From a virus (taxonomy: Duplodnaviria; Heunggongvirae; Uroviricota; Caudoviricetes): a stretch of DNA of 64,000 nt. The position numbers and the translations under genes are program-made. This document shows, one piece after another, positions 62,508 to 64,000 of this stretch (the first letter of the stretch is position 1; each line of letters starts with the position of its first letter). The stretch covers positions 1 to 64,000 of the IMG/VR virus record IMGVR_UViG_3300025387_000012; one strand, written 5' to 3'. The notes beneath the pieces are model-generated. The model made no database searches and was not told the origin of the DNA. It saw nothing but the letters and a program-made list of their open reading frames with translations.

Positions 62508-62978
62508 ATGAACTTGAAAGACTTTCTCAAAGGCGTAGCGAGCTGGATGTTCGTGGTCGGCCTTCTCGTTGGCTGGGTCTACACCCGCTGGCCCGCCTTC
62601 CTCTACTTCTACGGGCTGCTGATTACGATCGCCACGTTCGCGATGGCAATGGTTCCGCTCGGCGCCTACCTCGCTGTCAAAATCAGCAGCGACAACATCA
62701 TCAAGGTTCTCAAGGGAGCCAAGGGGATGGTGGACACGATGAACAAGCAGTCGATCCCCTCCAAGCTGTGGGCTTGGACTAACGCGATCGGCTACGTCTC
62801 GTTCTTCATCTACTACAACCTCTTCGTTCTCCTCACGATCTTCCTGATCTATCATACCCTCGTGTTCGGTATTCGCTGGGCAGCTCGCACCTGGGTGAAG
62901 GGCGTTGAAGAGGCGGCTGCCGAAGATGGCATGACCCTCGAGGAAGCCTTCAAGAAAATGGAAGAAGAAGCCGCATGA
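62508..62978 (+). CDS. hypothetical polytopic membrane protein
   Basis: 3-4 hydrophobic helices; promoter 62453. Confidence 0.45.
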   Translation: MNLKDFLKGVASWMFVVGLLVGWVYTRWPAFLYFYGLLITIATFAMAMVPLGAYLAVKISSDNIIKVLKGAKGMVDTMNKQSIPSKLWAWTNAIGYVSFFIYYNLFVLLTIFLIYHTLVFGIRWAARTWVKGVEEAAAEDGMTLEEAFKKMEEEAA

Positions 62979-63919
62979 CTCGTGAAGAAGCCAGACGCCT
63001 CCTTGGAGTTTCGCCCGGCTTCAGTGAAGCCGATCTGAAGACGGCTTGGAAGAAAGCCGCGATGGAACACCATCCGGACCGCGGCGGTGATGAGGAGATG
63101 TTCAAGAAGATTAGCCAGGCACATGATCTTTTGCAGCGCTCCGTAAATCCCGCGTCTGGCGCCCGCTACAACGCTCACTCCAACGGTGGAACTTCTTGGA
63201 GAGGCGGTACTTCTGCCGACGAGGACTACTCCTACGAGGACTTTAAGCCTCAGTGGGGGTCAGGCATGTCGGAGGAACAGGCCTCTGAGCTGATGCGCAA
63301 GATGCGCGAACAGTTCGAGGAACAAATCCGCCAGGCCCATGTCAATCGAAAGTACTACCACGAAATCTTCTTCGACGTTTCAATCGAGGAAGCGTTCAAG
63401 GGATGCAAGCACTCCATCAACATCACCACCCGCGCTGGTAACATCGTCAAGGAGATCGATGTTCGGGCCGGAGTTATGGAGAACGAACTCATCACGATCG
63501 TTGAGGACGGCAACATCGTCTATCGCGTCTTCGTGAAAATCCGTTCCGAGTACATGATCGACTGGGGCCAGATGGGTAACCCCTTTGATCGTGGCAATAT
63601 CACCAAGATGCTGCAGGTTTCCCCATTCAAGATGATCACTGGCGGCTGGGAAGTCGTGAAGATGATTGATGGTGGAAGCGTGAAGGTCTACATCCCCGCG
63701 GGAAGTCCCGTTAATACCCTCCTCAAGGTTGGTGAAAAGGGCTACTGGAGAGGTGACAAGCTCGAACATCGTGGCCACTGCTTTCTCCGTCTAATCCCAA
63801 AAATTCAAAAGCTTGGGGATATGCCTAAAGAGGATGTGATCGAGTTCCAAAAGATTTTGCGAGAGCACACAGAGGCAGTGGAAAAGAAAAGTGGTCCGAC
63901 CATTGAGGTTAAAATCTGA
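62975..63919 (+). CDS. J-domain (DnaJ-like) protein
   Basis: N-terminal J domain: LGVSPGFSEADLKTAWKKAAMEHHPDRGGDEEMFKKISQAHDLL with HPD tripeptide. Confidence 0.7.
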   Translation: MTREEARRLLGVSPGFSEADLKTAWKKAAMEHHPDRGGDEEMFKKISQAHDLLQRSVNPASGARYNAHSNGGTSWRGGTSADEDYSYEDFKPQWGSGMSEEQASELMRKMREQFEEQIRQAHVNRKYYHEIFFDVSIEEAFKGCKHSINITTRAGNIVKEIDVRAGVMENELITIVEDGNIVYRVFVKIRSEYMIDWGQMGNPFDRGNITKMLQVSPFKMITGGWEVVKMIDGGSVKVYIPAGSPVNTLLKVGEKGYWRGDKLEHRGHCFLRLIPKIQKLGDMPKEDVIEFQKILREHTEAVEKKSGPTIEVKI

Positions 63920-64000
63920 GCTCATTGAATTCGACTACCTCGGACTTCGCAAGATCATCAGTGGGGGCCAGTGTGGTGCGGACAGGGGCGGGCTTGAAGC

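Overview
This window is from a large lytic dsDNA phage with T4-like hmC-glucosylation genes and 50-55% GC, about 95% coding and almost all on the + strand. It has no tRNA, CRISPR array, integrase or transposase. Reading left to right:

(i) 1-4717, minus strand: two tail-fibre genes, one a 1402-aa Gly/Thr/Ser-rich fibre with internal repeats.

(ii) 4849-5730: an isolated Pol-beta-type nucleotidyltransferase gene, then a promoter-terminator unit that may encode a small RNA.

(iii) 5905-11842: a 5-hydroxymethylcytosine/glucosyl-hmC DNA-modification module. It holds a T4 gp42-like dCMP hydroxymethylase, a Tmk-like kinase, an NDT/Rcl-like protein and a T4 beta-glucosyltransferase homologue, and is interrupted by an XPD/DinG-type FeS helicase.

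(iv) 12700-16800 and 25300-36300: a large island of sugar-phosphate and nucleotide-sugar enzymes. The first block has a CofD-like+HAD fusion, a CofC/MobA-like NTP-transferase, a guanylate-kinase-like gene and MazG. The second has a 4-member array of a paralogous 'AVCLSGQxRTW' family, a 4-member SGNH/GDSL-like array, a cupin isomerase, an NTP-transferase/kinase fusion, an AroE-like dehydrogenase, a KdsC-like phosphatase, a GatZ-like protein and a metallophosphoesterase. I interpret this as a candidate new DNA hypermodification pathway acting on hmC (complex glycosylation, phosphodiester addition and/or acylation).

(v) Between and after these blocks: SPFH protein, two paralogous P-loop ATPases, several freestanding homing endonucleases (GIY-YIG x3, HNH x3, one splitting the topo II gp39-like/gp52-like genes), HD hydrolase, GNAT, peroxiredoxin, SleB-like hydrolase, J-domain protein.

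(vi) 45000-63000: a hyperplastic region of about 50 small ORFs.

At least 24 copies of a strongly conserved sigma70-like promoter (CTGTTTACATCCTG-N-TGTAAGAT/TATTAT) punctuate the window. Several copies share an identical leader/RBS cassette, which suggests PeSL-like modular shuffling. Five proteins share an N-terminal MRVxELFEE motif reminiscent of T4 capsid-targeting sequences.
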